Shown here: positions 55,597 through 64,000 of the stretch, one piece after another
Layout: the number at the start of each line of letters is the position of its first letter
Numbering within the stretch: position 1 is the first letter of the stretch
Assembly: GCA_965261405.1 (NCBI GenBank)
Contig: CBDHDD010000002.1
Span: forward strand, 1,075,880-1,139,879
Direction: 5' to 3'
DNA length: 64,000 nucleotides
Origin: Dehalococcoidia bacterium
GTDB lineage: Bacteria > Chloroflexota > Dehalococcoidia > Lucifugimonadales > UBA1127
Program-made: the position numbers and the translations under genes
The notes under the pieces: model-generated
The model's input: the letters and a program-made list of their open reading frames with translations, nothing else
Told to the model about the DNA's origin: nothing
Databases searched by the model: none

Positions 55597-55938
55597 CTTG
55601 TTCTGTGGCTGGTTTGGCACGTTGCAGAAACAAGTGGAACGGCGGAGGTTGTTTTCCGGCCAAGCCGTAGCCGGAGGGAGGTTGTTTCCAGTGATCGTTT
55701 TGTAGCTGGTTTGGCACATTGCAGATACAAGACGATTATTTTTCGCGCTGGGGGAAACAACCTCCGGGTCCGTCCCAGGGGTCATGGCGCCCTCGGCCGT
55801 CGATGCGGACCATGCGGGTGAGGGGAAAGGGGCGCGCGGCGTGGCGGCGATGCCCGGTTTCAGGTTCTTGATTGCGTGTTGCACGGTTGGAGAGTAGCGG
55901 GTTCGCCGGCTTTGGCACAAGGGGCTGGTGTCAGGGTG
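55597..55938 (+). repeat. long noncoding element family, copy C (with an extra head hairpin and duplicated left arm)
   Basis: Perfect 13-bp outer stem GGAGGTTGTTTCC (55677-55689) / GGAAACAACCTCC (55753-55765) enclosing hairpin TTGTAGCTG...CAGATACAA with a TGGCAC loop. Second left arm at 55644-55657. Extra hairpin at 55597-55634. Tail GTGTCAGGGTG at 55928-55938. Confidence 0.55.
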
Positions 55939-56024
55939 CGTGGTCAGGGGACACCCCCATCCCAACCCGCTCCCGTATCGGGGTACGGGGCATGCTTCGC
56001 AAGCAGGACGACACCCCGGCGTGG

Positions 56025-56054
56025 TTGACCGGTGGGCGGTGCGCTTCCTATAAT
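56025..56054 (+). promoter_or_regulatory. sigma70-like promoter candidate for tRNA-Gly (TTGACC-N18-TATAAT)
   Basis: TTGACC at 56025-56030 and TATAAT at 56049-56054, 14 nt upstream of the tRNA 5' end. Confidence 0.45.
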
Positions 56055-56068
56055 AATTGCCTGCGCAA

Positions 56069-56143
56069 GCGGAAGTAGTTCAGTGGTAGAACGCCTCCTT
56101 GCCAAGGAGGAGGTCGGGGGTTCGAATCCCCTCTTCCGCTCCA
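56069..56143 (+). tRNA. tRNA-Gly (anticodon GCC), CCA encoded
   Basis: Cloverleaf by hand: acceptor GCGGAAG/CTTCCGC, D arm GTTC-AGTGGTA-GAAC, anticodon arm CCTCC-TTGCCAA-GGAGG, T arm with TTCGAAT loop, then discriminator and CCA. Confidence 0.9.
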
Positions 56144-56301
56144 GTTTTCCCTCTACTAGACCCGCTCCAGCCGTTTCACGCGCCGTTTCAGCTCGCTCCT
56201 GGGCAGCATGACTCGACGGTTACACGTCTGGCAGACGATGCCGATGTCCATGCCCACGCGCACCACTTCCCACTTGTAGCCGCCACAGGGGTGCTTCTTC
56301 T
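56133..56301. repeat. direct repeat 1 (tRNA-Gly 3' end + spacer + 3' part of a DUF951 gene)
   Basis: Aligns with 56694-56864 over its full length, with scattered substitutions and a 1-2 nt indel. Confidence 0.85.
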
Positions 56302-56302
56302 T
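56156..56302 (-). pseudogene. 5'-truncated DUF951 gene fragment (48 codons + stop)
   Basis: Reads [48 protein letters not shown]-stop, preceded by an in-frame TAG with no start codon. One residue differs from the intact copy. Confidence 0.8.
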
Positions 56303-56395
56303 CTATTCACCTGCCATCAGCCGAGACATAATTGAGTCTCCGCTGATGTACCATGCCTGATGGCAACCGCCCAAAAGAAACAGGAGGCCCCTCTA

Positions 56396-56641
56396 ATGTC
56401 TGAGTCATATCAACAGTTACAGAAGCTATCCGACGACGCGATAATTGAAATCTTTGACAGGGGTGCAAAGACGACGGAATTCTTCCCAGATTACTATTTG
56501 GGCATTCTCAACAGGCGGCAACAGGATCGCCAGACAAAACAGATTGTACGGCTGACGTGGGTTATCACCATCCTAACGGCTATTGTCACTTTCGCAACGA
56601 TTGTAAACGTTGGGGTTTTCATCTACGAAGTCTCTAGGTAG
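56396..56641 (+). CDS. hypothetical small protein with a C-terminal transmembrane helix (cassette cargo)
   Basis: 81 aa from ATG 56396 behind AGGAGG; the ORF opens at 56360. Lower G+C. C-terminal LTWVITILTAIVTFATIVNVGVFIY. Confidence 0.45.
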   Translation: MSESYQQLQKLSDDAIIEIFDRGAKTTEFFPDYYLGILNRRQQDRQTKQIVRLTWVITILTAIVTFATIVNVGVFIYEVSR

Positions 56642-56693
56642 ATACAAGAGAGCCTCAAACCACCGCTTGGCATCAGCCTGGTCTTTACCAGTG

Positions 56694-56864
56694 CTTCCGC
56701 TCCAGTTCCCCCCTCTGCTAAACCCTCTCCAAGCGTTTTACGCGCCGCTCCAACTCGCTTCTGGGCAGCATGACCCTGCGGTTGCATGTCTGACAGACGA
56801 TGCCGATGTCCATGCCCACGCGCACCACTTCCCACTTGTAGCCGCCGCAGGGGTGCTTCTTCTT
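56694..56864. repeat. direct repeat 2 (relic tRNA-Gly 3' end + spacer + 3' part of the intact DUF951 gene)
   Basis: CTTCCGCTCCAGTT at 56694-56707 duplicates 56133-56146. The remainder lies inside the intact DUF951 gene. Confidence 0.85.
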
Positions 56865-56909
56865 TAGGGTGAGCAGGTCTCCCATGTGCAGGTCAAGGAT
56901 CGGCGGCAT
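56718..56909 (-). CDS. DUF951-family small protein
   Basis: 63 aa. [60 protein letters not shown]. Starts 11 nt after the pyrF stop. Confidence 0.75.
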   Translation of the reverse strand: MPPILDLHMGDLLTLKKKHPCGGYKWEVVRVGMDIGIVCQTCNRRVMLPRSELERRVKRLERV

Positions 56910-56920
56910 CGTCCCACCCT

Positions 56921-57760
56921 TTACGCGGTCCAACCCAGGCCGCGGTCGTCGAGGACGCGGTTGATGCTGTCGCGGAGATGCGAGGCGGCGTCGCGAGCGG
57001 CTTGCTGGTAGGTGGCGGGGTCGTCGCCTGCGTAGATGACGCCGCGGGAGGCGTTCACGATTGCGTTGCGGCCGTGCTCGTCGACACCCACGGCGACGGA
57101 GCGCTCCAGCGATCCCTCCTGCGTGCCGACACCGGGGATGAGGATGGGCATGTCGGGGCAGATGTCGCGGACGCGCTCGAGCTCGTCGGGGTAGGTGGCG
57201 CCGACGACGAGGCCGACGTTGCCGTTGTCGTTCCACTTGACGGCGGTCATCGCGACATGCTCGTACATGGGGCGGGTGTCGCCGCCGGTCATGGGGGAGA
57301 CGAGGAGGTCCTGGAACTCGCGGGCGCTGGGGTTGGAGGTGCGGCAGAGGACAAGAATGCCGCGGTCGGCGCGGGCGAGGAAGGGCGCGAGGGAGTCCCG
57401 GCCCATGTAGGGGTGGAAGGTTGCGGCGTCAAAGTCCCACACGTCGAACAACGCCTTTGCGTAGCCGGCGGAGGAGTTGTCGAGGTCACCGCGCTTGGCG
57501 TCGCTGATGACGGGAATCCAGTCGGGGATGGCGTCCAAGGTCGCCCGAAGGGCCTCGAGGCCGGGAATGCCGAACGCCTCGTAGAAGGCCATGTTGGGCT
57601 TGTAGGCGCAGACCAGGTCCGAGGTGGCCTCGATGATGGCGCGGTTGAACTCGGCGACGTCGGCGACGGGCATCCGCGCGGGGTCGGGGTCCAGCCCCAC
57701 GCAGAGCAGGCTGCGGTTGCGCTCGGCGGCGGCAAGGAGCTTGTCAGCGAAGGCGGGCAT
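56921..57760 (-). CDS. pyrF: orotidine 5'-phosphate decarboxylase (type 2)
   Basis: 279 aa. LCVGLDP, DAKRGD and long-form PyrF layout. Confidence 0.9.
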   Translation of the reverse strand: MPAFADKLLAAAERNRSLLCVGLDPDPARMPVADVAEFNRAIIEATSDLVCAYKPNMAFYEAFGIPGLEALRATLDAIPDWIPVISDAKRGDLDNSSAGYAKALFDVWDFDAATFHPYMGRDSLAPFLARADRGILVLCRTSNPSAREFQDLLVSPMTGGDTRPMYEHVAMTAVKWNDNGNVGLVVGATYPDELERVRDICPDMPILIPGVGTQEGSLERSVAVGVDEHGRNAIVNASRGVIYAGDDPATYQQAARDAASHLRDSINRVLDDRGLGWTA

Positions 57761-57827
57761 GGGGCCTCCATGGTTAGGCGTGTGGAGTTGGGCTGATTAT
57801 AGCAGAGGGGTTAGAGGGATGGGGCCC

Positions 57828-58682
57828 CTACCCCACGTCCCGAAGCGCGATGACCAGCACGCCCACCGTGGCGAAGACGACGGCGAGGACTCGCTCCGAG
57901 ACGTTGGGCGGCAGCTTGGCCTGCAGCCTTGCGCCAAACTGCGCGCCGGTGAGCGCGCCGGGGCACGACCAGATGACTACGTGCCAGGGGGGCTCGCCGC
58001 CGAGGGCGTGGATGAGCGCCGCGAAAAACACGGTGACCGTCAGCGTGGTGACGGACGTGCCGACGGCGACGCGCGGGGGCACGGGGCCTCGCAGTATGAG
58101 CTGCGTGGTGGTGGCCTCTGGGAGGCCAGCGCCCATGAAGCCCTGCACCAGCGCGCCCGCGGCGCCCAACGCCTGGCTCACAGTGCGCCCCGGGCGAATG
58201 TAGCGGTACTCGCGGCCGTCGTGGGCGTGGATGACGGTGTCGTCGGGGTGGAACGAGAGCTGCATTTCGACAGGCACAGGGCGAGCGGCCTTTTCGCGGG
58301 CGCGGCGGAGGTTCGACCAGACAAGGAAGGCGGCCAGGGCAAAGAGCAACACGCCGAAGAGGACTCGCAGGGCATCGGGGTCGATCATCAGCGACACGAC
58401 GGCGCCTGCCATGGCGAATGGCACGGTCACCAACAGCAGCGATTTCACGATGGTGAAGTCGACCACGCCCTGTCGAACGTAGCTGAAGGCGCCGGAGGCC
58501 GTGCCGAAGATCATCGTCATCAACCCGCCGCCGATGGCCTCGGCGGGTGACACACCCACCACCAGAAGGAAGAAGGGCACAAAGAACAGCGCGCCACTAA
58601 TGCCAGTGGATATGGCGAGCGTGGCGATGCAGAGGGCTGCGGGGTAGACCCACCACAGGGAGAGGACTTCCGCCATGTCCAT
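57828..58682 (-). CDS. TauE/SafE-family sulfite/anion exporter membrane protein
   Basis: 284 aa, about 8 TM helices with an internal duplication. Gly-rich helices typical of TauE. Confidence 0.8.
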   Translation of the reverse strand: MDMAEVLSLWWVYPAALCIATLAISTGISGALFFVPFFLLVVGVSPAEAIGGGLMTMIFGTASGAFSYVRQGVVDFTIVKSLLLVTVPFAMAGAVVSLMIDPDALRVLFGVLLFALAAFLVWSNLRRAREKAARPVPVEMQLSFHPDDTVIHAHDGREYRYIRPGRTVSQALGAAGALVQGFMGAGLPEATTTQLILRGPVPPRVAVGTSVTTLTVTVFFAALIHALGGEPPWHVVIWSCPGALTGAQFGARLQAKLPPNVSERVLAVVFATVGVLVIALRDVG

Positions 58683-58691
58683 ACGCCGCGC

Positions 58692-59480
58692 CTAAGCCTG
58701 GTCTGCCCGCTCAGGCCCTTCGACTGGCTCAGGGCGAACGGGGGGCGAGATTGGCAGGTCCGCGGCGGCGTCCTGGGTGAGATACCAGACTGCGCGGCTG
58801 TCGGCAGGGTCGACTAGCGCGATGGGCGGGGTGGCGTCGCCGGGACGGGGCGCGAGGGTACGCTGGACGGCGTTCGCCTTGTCCGCGCCGGTGGCGAGGA
58901 CGGCGACCTGGCGGGCGCGGTTAAGCGCCGGCAGGGTGAGGGTGATGCGGTAGGCGTCCAGGTGGGGGACCCAGTTGGCGGCTACGAGTCGTTCACGCTC
59001 TTCCAGCGCCGCGGCGCCGGGGAAGAGGGAGGCGGTGTGGCCGTCGTCGCCGATGCCGAGGAGCGCGAGGTCCAGCCGGCCATCGGGCACGAGAGCGTCG
59101 GCGAGGGCGACGGCGTAGGCGTCGGCGGCCTGCTCCGGCGGGTCTTCTCCCACCATGCGGTGCACCTGCGACGGCGGGATGGGGACGTGGTCGAGGAGGG
59201 TGCGGCGTGCCATGCCGAAGTTGCTGTCGGGGTGGTCCGGTGGCACGCAGCGCTCGTCGCCCCAGAAGACGTGCCAGCGCGACCAGTCGATGTCGTCGGC
59301 AAGCGGCGGCGAAGCGAGCAGCCGGTAGAGGGCAGCAGGCGTGGAACCGCCGGACAACGCGATGGTGAACCGGCCTCGGGCCGCAACGCTGTCCGCCGAT
59401 AGGTCGCGAACCGCCTGGGCGAGGGCTTCCACGGCCAACTGCGGGGTCGCGTAGACGTGGAGCTCAGGGCGTGGGGCCAT
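58692..59480 (-). CDS. pgl: 6-phosphogluconolactonase, with a REP-derived C-terminal tail
   Basis: 262 aa. [11 protein letters not shown] and [15 protein letters not shown] motifs. The last ~18 codons run through a REP-B unit. Confidence 0.85.
   Translation of the reverse strand: MAPRPELHVYATPQLAVEALAQAVRDLSADSVAARGRFTIALSGGSTPAALYRLLASPPLADDIDWSRWHVFWGDERCVPPDHPDSNFGMARRTLLDHVPIPPSQVHRMVGEDPPEQAADAYAVALADALVPDGRLDLALLGIGDDGHTASLFPGAAALEERERLVAANWVPHLDAYRITLTLPALNRARQVAVLATGADKANAVQRTLAPRPGDATPPIALVDPADSRAVWYLTQDAAADLPISPPVRPEPVEGPERADQA
58714..58745. repeat. REP-like type B unit inside the 3' end of pgl
   Basis: GGCCCTTCGACTGGCTCAGGGCGAACGGGGGG, translated on the minus strand as [12 protein letters not shown]. 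Confidence 0.75.
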
Positions 59481-60948
59481 AGCCTTGCCCGCAGACGGAG
59501 ATCCACTCGTGGCCCAACTCCGCCAGGAGGCGGTCGGCGGCGGCGGGGCCCCATGCGCCGGGGGCGTAGCGCTGCGGTTGCGGCGCGTTGGGGGACTCCC
59601 ACGCCTCCAGCAGCGGGTCGACGATGCGCCATGCCTCCTCGATGTGGTCGCTGCGGATGAAGAGGGCCGGGTCGCCGTTGATGGCGTCCTGCAGGAGGCG
59701 CTCGTAGGCGTCGGGGATGGCCTGCTGTCCGAAAGCCCACTCGTACTGGAACTGCATGTGCTCGGAGCGCATCTCGAGGCCCTGACCGGGCACCTTGACC
59801 TCGAAGCGGAGGTGGGCGCCCTCGTCAGGCTGGAGGCACAGGGCGAGCAGGTTCGGGCTGCCGGAGACCTCTGCGTCGGGGCCGGAGATGACGGAGGGCG
59901 GGCGGCGGAATTGCACGACGACCTCCGACACCTTGCCCGCCATCGACTTGCCGGAGCGCAGGTAGAAGGGGACGCCGTGCCACCGCCACGTCTCGACGAA
60001 GAGCCGCATGGCCGTGTAGGTGGGCGTGCGGGAGCCAGTAGGCACGTCCGGCTCGTTCAGGTAGCCGTCGTACTGGGCGGCGACGGCATTGGCGACGGCC
60101 TCCTCCGGCGACCAACGGCGGATGGCCTTCAGGACGTCGACCTTGCGGTCGCGCAGGGAGTCGGAGTCGGCGCCGCTGGGCGGCTCCATCGCGATGATGG
60201 TAAGGATCTGCAGGAGGTGGTTCTGCACCATGTCCCGCACGACGCCGGAGGTGTCGTAGTAGCCCGCGCGGTCGCCCACGGAGAGCTCCTCTGCGACGGT
60301 GATCTGCACGTTGTCGACGTAGTGGCTGTTCCAGAGGGGCTCGAAGAGGATGTTGCCGAACCGGAAGACCAGGAGGTTCTGCACGGTCTCCTTACCCAAG
60401 TAGTGGTCGATGCGGTAGACCTGCTCCTCTCGAAAGAGGGAGTGGACGGTGCGGTTGAGCGCCTGGGCGGTGGCGAGGTCGCGGCCGAAGGGCTTTTCGA
60501 TGACAACGCGCCGCCAGCCGTTGCCCTCGTCCGTCATGCCGCTGGCGCCCATGTTGCGAAGCGTGACCTCGTAGAGGGTGGGCGATATCGAGAGGTAGTA
60601 GAGCCGGTTGGCGACGCCGTCAAAGCCGCGCTCGAATTCAACCAGCAATTCCGTCAGCAGCTCCAAGTCCTCCAGGCTGTCGAGGCTGCCGGTGACGTAG
60701 TGGAGGTGCTGTGCGAAGTCCTCCCACTCGTCCGTGCGGACGGCGAGGGAGCCGAACTCACGCACGCTCTCCCACACCATCTGCCGGAAGCCCTCATGCG
60801 TGAGCGGTGTGCGGGAGAAGCCGACGAGGTTGATCTCTCGAGGGCAGCCGCCGTTGCAGCGCAGCTCGAAGAGGGCGGGGATGAGCTTGCGTCGGGCAAG
60901 GTCGCCCGTCGCGCCCATGATGACGATGGTGATGGACTCGGGGGGCAT
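59464..60948 (-). CDS. zwf: glucose-6-phosphate 1-dehydrogenase
   Basis: 494 aa from [27 protein letters not shown] and RIDHYLGKE motifs. Its ATG overlaps the gnd stop (TAATG). Confidence 0.9.
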   Translation of the reverse strand: MPPESITIVIMGATGDLARRKLIPALFELRCNGGCPREINLVGFSRTPLTHEGFRQMVWESVREFGSLAVRTDEWEDFAQHLHYVTGSLDSLEDLELLTELLVEFERGFDGVANRLYYLSISPTLYEVTLRNMGASGMTDEGNGWRRVVIEKPFGRDLATAQALNRTVHSLFREEQVYRIDHYLGKETVQNLLVFRFGNILFEPLWNSHYVDNVQITVAEELSVGDRAGYYDTSGVVRDMVQNHLLQILTIIAMEPPSGADSDSLRDRKVDVLKAIRRWSPEEAVANAVAAQYDGYLNEPDVPTGSRTPTYTAMRLFVETWRWHGVPFYLRSGKSMAGKVSEVVVQFRRPPSVISGPDAEVSGSPNLLALCLQPDEGAHLRFEVKVPGQGLEMRSEHMQFQYEWAFGQQAIPDAYERLLQDAINGDPALFIRSDHIEEAWRIVDPLLEAWESPNAPQPQRYAPGAWGPAAADRLLAELGHEWISVCGQGYGPTP

Positions 60949-61856
60949 TACTCGGCCTTCCGGACCGCGTGGCCGCCGAACTGGTTGCGCATGGCGGCGA
61001 GTAGCTTCGCGCCGAAGGCATCGTCCTGGCGCGAGCGGAAACGCATCTGCAGCGCCAGGGTGATGACGGGAGTGGGCACTGCCAGGTCGACAGACTCCTC
61101 GACGGTCCAGCGGCCCTCGCCGGAGTCTTCCACGTAGGCCTGGAGGCTCGACATATCGGGATCGCCATGGAGGGCCTCGGCTGTGAGGTCGAGGAGCCAG
61201 GAGCGAACGACGCTGCCGTAGCGCCAAAGCTCGGCGATCTGCGCGAGGTCGAGGGAGAACTCCTCCTTGGCCTTCAGGAGCTCAAAGCCCTCGGCGTAGG
61301 CCTGCATCATGCCGTACTCGATGCCGTTGTGGACCATCTTGGTGAAGTGGCCAGCGCCGGCGGGGCCGACGTGACCGTAGCCGCGGTCGGGGCCGGGCGC
61401 TAGCGTCTGGAAAATGGGCTCGACGCGGTCAAAGGCTTCCTTCTCGCCGCCCACCATGAGGCTGTAGCCCTCGGTGAGGCCCCAGATCCCGCCGCTGGTG
61501 CCGGCGTCGAGGAAGTGGATACCCTGTTGCTTGAGCGTGGCGGCGCGGCGCATGCTGTCCTTGTAGTTGGCGTTGCCGCCGTCGATTACGATGTCGCCGG
61601 GAGAGAGGGCGCCGCAGACGGCGGCGATGGTGCGTTCCGTGACCTCGCCGGCGGGGGTCATCACCCACGCGGCGCGCGGCGGAGTGAGTTGCGAAGCCAA
61701 CTCGTTGAGGGAGCTCGCACCGACGGCGCCCTGCGCTTCGACCTCATGCACGGCGTCCGGGCGCACGTCATAAGCGACGACGCGGTGGCCTCCACGCAGG
61801 AGTCGGAGGACCATGTTGGCGCCCATGCGCCCCAGGCCAATCATCCCAAGTTCCAT
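60948..61856 (-). CDS. gnd: 6-phosphogluconate dehydrogenase, short decarboxylating form
   Basis: 302 aa. [11 protein letters not shown] Rossmann motif. YqeC/GndA-like length. Confidence 0.85.
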   Translation of the reverse strand: MELGMIGLGRMGANMVLRLLRGGHRVVAYDVRPDAVHEVEAQGAVGASSLNELASQLTPPRAAWVMTPAGEVTERTIAAVCGALSPGDIVIDGGNANYKDSMRRAATLKQQGIHFLDAGTSGGIWGLTEGYSLMVGGEKEAFDRVEPIFQTLAPGPDRGYGHVGPAGAGHFTKMVHNGIEYGMMQAYAEGFELLKAKEEFSLDLAQIAELWRYGSVVRSWLLDLTAEALHGDPDMSSLQAYVEDSGEGRWTVEESVDLAVPTPVITLALQMRFRSRQDDAFGAKLLAAMRNQFGGHAVRKAE

Positions 61857-61882
61857 GGCTCGCTCCTTTCGGGGACTGCAGC

Positions 61883-64000
61883 TTACAGGGCTGACAGCTC
61901 CCCGGCAACGTCGCCGGTGAGGCGAATGCGCGCCACGCGGAGGCCAGCCGCCTGCAGGGCCTGCAGGTCGCCGAGGGCCTGGGCATCGGCCAACGTGCCG
62001 AAGCTGTAGCTCTGCCCAGGCACGTCGATGTCATTGGGGTGGTCCGTCGTGATCTGCAGGAACAGTCCGCTGGCGGGGCCGCCCTTGTGCAACTGCCCCG
62101 TCGAGTGGAGGAAGCGCGGCCCGTAGCCGGACGTCGTCGCGATGGCGTGGCGTTGCATCACACGCTGGCGCAGCGAGGCGAGGGCGGCATCGACCTCCGG
62201 TGTCTGGTGGACGTAGGCCATGATGCAGAGGTAATCGCCGGGGGCGGCCTGCGCCAGCAGTTCCTCCACGGAGAGCGTCGAAGGCGTCTCCGGCAGCGCG
62301 CCGTCCCGCTCGTAGGCGGACAACACCTCGGCGGTCTTGTCCTTGGCGGTCTGCACGTTTGGCTGGTCGAAGGGGTTCACGCCGAGCACCGCGCCCGCGA
62401 CGGCCGTCGCGAACTCCCAGCGGTAGAACTCTGCGGCGAGGTCCGCGCGGTCGCGGAGGGTGAAACGCAGGACGGGGTGGCCGGCAGCCTCGAGCGCGGC
62501 GACGGCGTCGTCCGAGGCCTGCGCGTCGTCCCCGTCGAGGCGGAGGTAGGCGAAGACGCGGTCATCGCCGTAGTGGGCGGGGCCAAGGAGCGGCTCGTTG
62601 GCGATGGGGACGATGCCCAGGCCCTCCTTGCCGAGGCTCTCCGCAATGAGCTGCTCCGCCCAGAGGCCGACGCTGCTGAGGGTAGGCGTGGTGACGAAGG
62701 TGAGCTTGTCGCGGCCAGCCTTGGCCAGCGCGCCGATAGATGCGCCGAGCAACAGGCCGGGGTGCTTCACCGCCGGAACGCTCGGGGCGCAGGCCTCCTG
62801 CATGCGGGCCGCGCGGTCGAGCAGCGCCGCGACGTCTATGCCGGTCAGGGCGGCGGGCACGAGGCCGAAGAAGGAGAGGACGGAGTAGCGCCCGCCGATG
62901 GTCTCCGGGTTGAGGAAGGTGCGCAGGAAGCCCTCGTCTGAGGCGAGGCGCTCCAGCCCGCTGCCTTCGTCGGTGATGGCGACGAAATGGCTGGCAGCCT
63001 CCTCACCGAGGGCGTCGTCCGCTAGCTTGCGGAAGTAGCGGTAGCCGGTGAGGGTCTCCAGGGTGCCGCCGGACTTGGAGGAGACAAGGAAGAGGGTGTG
63101 GCGCACGTCGATGGCGTTGCGCGCGGCGTGGATCCAGTCGGGGACGGTGGTGTCGAGCACCGTGAGCCGCGGCCGGCCCGTCGCCTCGCCGAAGACGCTA
63201 CGCAGCGCCTCCGCTCCGAGGCTGCTGCCGCCCATGCCCAGCAGGACGACGTCGCGGATGCCCATGGCCTGGACTTCGTCCGCGAACGTCTGCAGGTCTG
63301 CGGCCTGCTCGCGCATTTCGGCCGGCAGGGTAAGCCAGCCGAGCCGGTTGCTGAGCTCCGTGGGGTCCGGCTTCCACAGCGTATGGTCGATGTCCCAGAT
63401 GCGGCGAATGGCGTCCTGCTCAATCAGGGCAGCCAGCGCGTCGTCCGCAGCCGCTTGACCGCCGCCCAATGCCGAAGCGGCGGCGTAGTGGTCCGCCAGC
63501 AGCGCGGCCTTCTTCTCCTCCACGTTGGCCAGCAGCGTCATGAAGGAATCGGCGAAGGACTTGACGCCATCGGCAAGGAGCTTGTCCGTGACCTCGGCCA
63601 TGCTGACGCCCGCAGCCTCCAGCGCGTCCAGCGCCCGCTCGGCCTCCGGGATGAAGGGCTCCAGCGTGGGCGCGACTTCGCCGTGGTCGAGGAAGTTGTC
63701 GAGGGTGGCAGGCGGCATGGTGTTGACGGTGTCTGGGGCGATGAGGGACTCGATGTAGAGGACGTCGCTGTAGGCGGGGTTCTTGGTGCCGGTGCTGGCC
63801 CACAGGGGTCGCTGCACCCGCGCGCCCTTGGCCCGCAGCGCCGCAAAGCGCTCTGCGGCGGCTGTCTCCTGGAAGTCGCGGTAGGCGAGGGCGGCGTTGG
63901 CAATGGCCGCCTTGCCCAGCAGGTCTGCCAGCTCTTCCTCGCCTGCCTTCACCCGTGGCTCCAGTATCCCATCCACGGCGGCGTCAACGCGGCTGACGAA
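61883..64000 (-). CDS. tal: bifunctional transaldolase / glucose-6-phosphate isomerase (N-terminus outside window)
   Basis: Transaldolase C-terminal region (LWASTGTKNP) followed by a PGI domain (GMGGSSLG, SKSGGTLET). Frame open to the window edge. Confidence 0.85.
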   Translation of the reverse strand, partial: FVSRVDAAVDGILEPRVKAGEEELADLLGKAAIANAALAYRDFQETAAAERFAALRAKGARVQRPLWASTGTKNPAYSDVLYIESLIAPDTVNTMPPATLDNFLDHGEVAPTLEPFIPEAERALDALEAAGVSMAEVTDKLLADGVKSFADSFMTLLANVEEKKAALLADHYAAASALGGGQAAADDALAALIEQDAIRRIWDIDHTLWKPDPTELSNRLGWLTLPAEMREQAADLQTFADEVQAMGIRDVVLLGMGGSSLGAEALRSVFGEATGRPRLTVLDTTVPDWIHAARNAIDVRHTLFLVSSKSGGTLETLTGYRYFRKLADDALGEEAASHFVAITDEGSGLERLASDEGFLRTFLNPETIGGRYSVLSFFGLVPAALTGIDVAALLDRAARMQEACAPSVPAVKHPGLLLGASIGALAKAGRDKLTFVTTPTLSSVGLWAEQLIAESLGKEGLGIVPIANEPLLGPAHYGDDRVFAYLRLDGDDAQASDDAVAALEAAGHPVLRFTLRDRADLAAEFYRWEFATAVAGAVLGVNPFDQPNVQTAKDKTAEVLSAYERDGALPETPSTLSVEELLAQAAPGDYLCIMAYVHQTPEVDAALASLRQRVMQRHAIATTSGYGPRFLHSTGQLHKGGPASGLFLQITTDHPNDIDVPGQSYSFGTLADAQALGDLQALQAAGLRVARIRLTGDVAGELSAL

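Noticed and set aside
59464-61227. N-terminal extensions given by the ORF track (zwf to 61227, aldolase to 40089, SDR from 36327, amidohydrolase to 23541, malic enzyme to 54372, LLM from 47893 and others).
   Set aside because: The extensions overlap upstream genes or REP arrays, have non-coding-like composition and lack family similarity. Internal ATG/GTG starts with Shine-Dalgarno sites match the expected protein N-termini.

Overview
G+C-rich bacterial chromosomal segment. Gene content and repeat families suggest a Chloroflexota-like heterotroph, but that taxonomic call is inference only. Housekeeping blocks, in order: pyrB (5' end outside window)-pyrC-carA-carB; tig-clpP-clpX; hisIE-thrB-lysC; ilvE; a threonine-synthase-family / NIL / MoaD-type sulfur-carrier cluster; nfeD-floA; egtD-egtB; tRNA-Gly(GCC); pyrF; and a pentose-phosphate operon (tal/pgi fusion, partial)-gnd-zwf-pgl. 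Between them lie many catabolic-type paralogues: two amidohydrolases, two luciferase-like monooxygenases, a fused EtfB-EtfA, an enolase-superfamily enzyme, an SDR, an HpcH aldolase, TPP enzymes, a hydantoinase B subunit and an orphan solute-binding protein. There is also a small toxin-antitoxin patch (HicB-like, DUF45 metallopeptidase, Phd/VapC). The noncoding DNA is unusual. At least four short hairpin (REP-like) repeat families occur in modular arrays, twice inside coding sequence. A longer (about 200-340 nt) noncoding element family with a compensated stem occurs four times in one orientation. Three low-G+C insertions stand out. The first is a two-gene island (37.4-39.0 kb) encoding a Zn-ribbon/DUF4145-like protein and a partner with an R-x4-H motif. 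The second is a single-gene island (42.2-43.1 kb) inside a 3-kb segment bracketed by a duplicated hyuB 3' end. The third is a tiny cassette at tRNA-Gly bracketed by about 170-bp diverged direct repeats. No rRNA, CRISPR array, transposase or integrase gene was seen. All calls rest on reading the ORF translations and the nucleotide sequence by eye; no searches were run.
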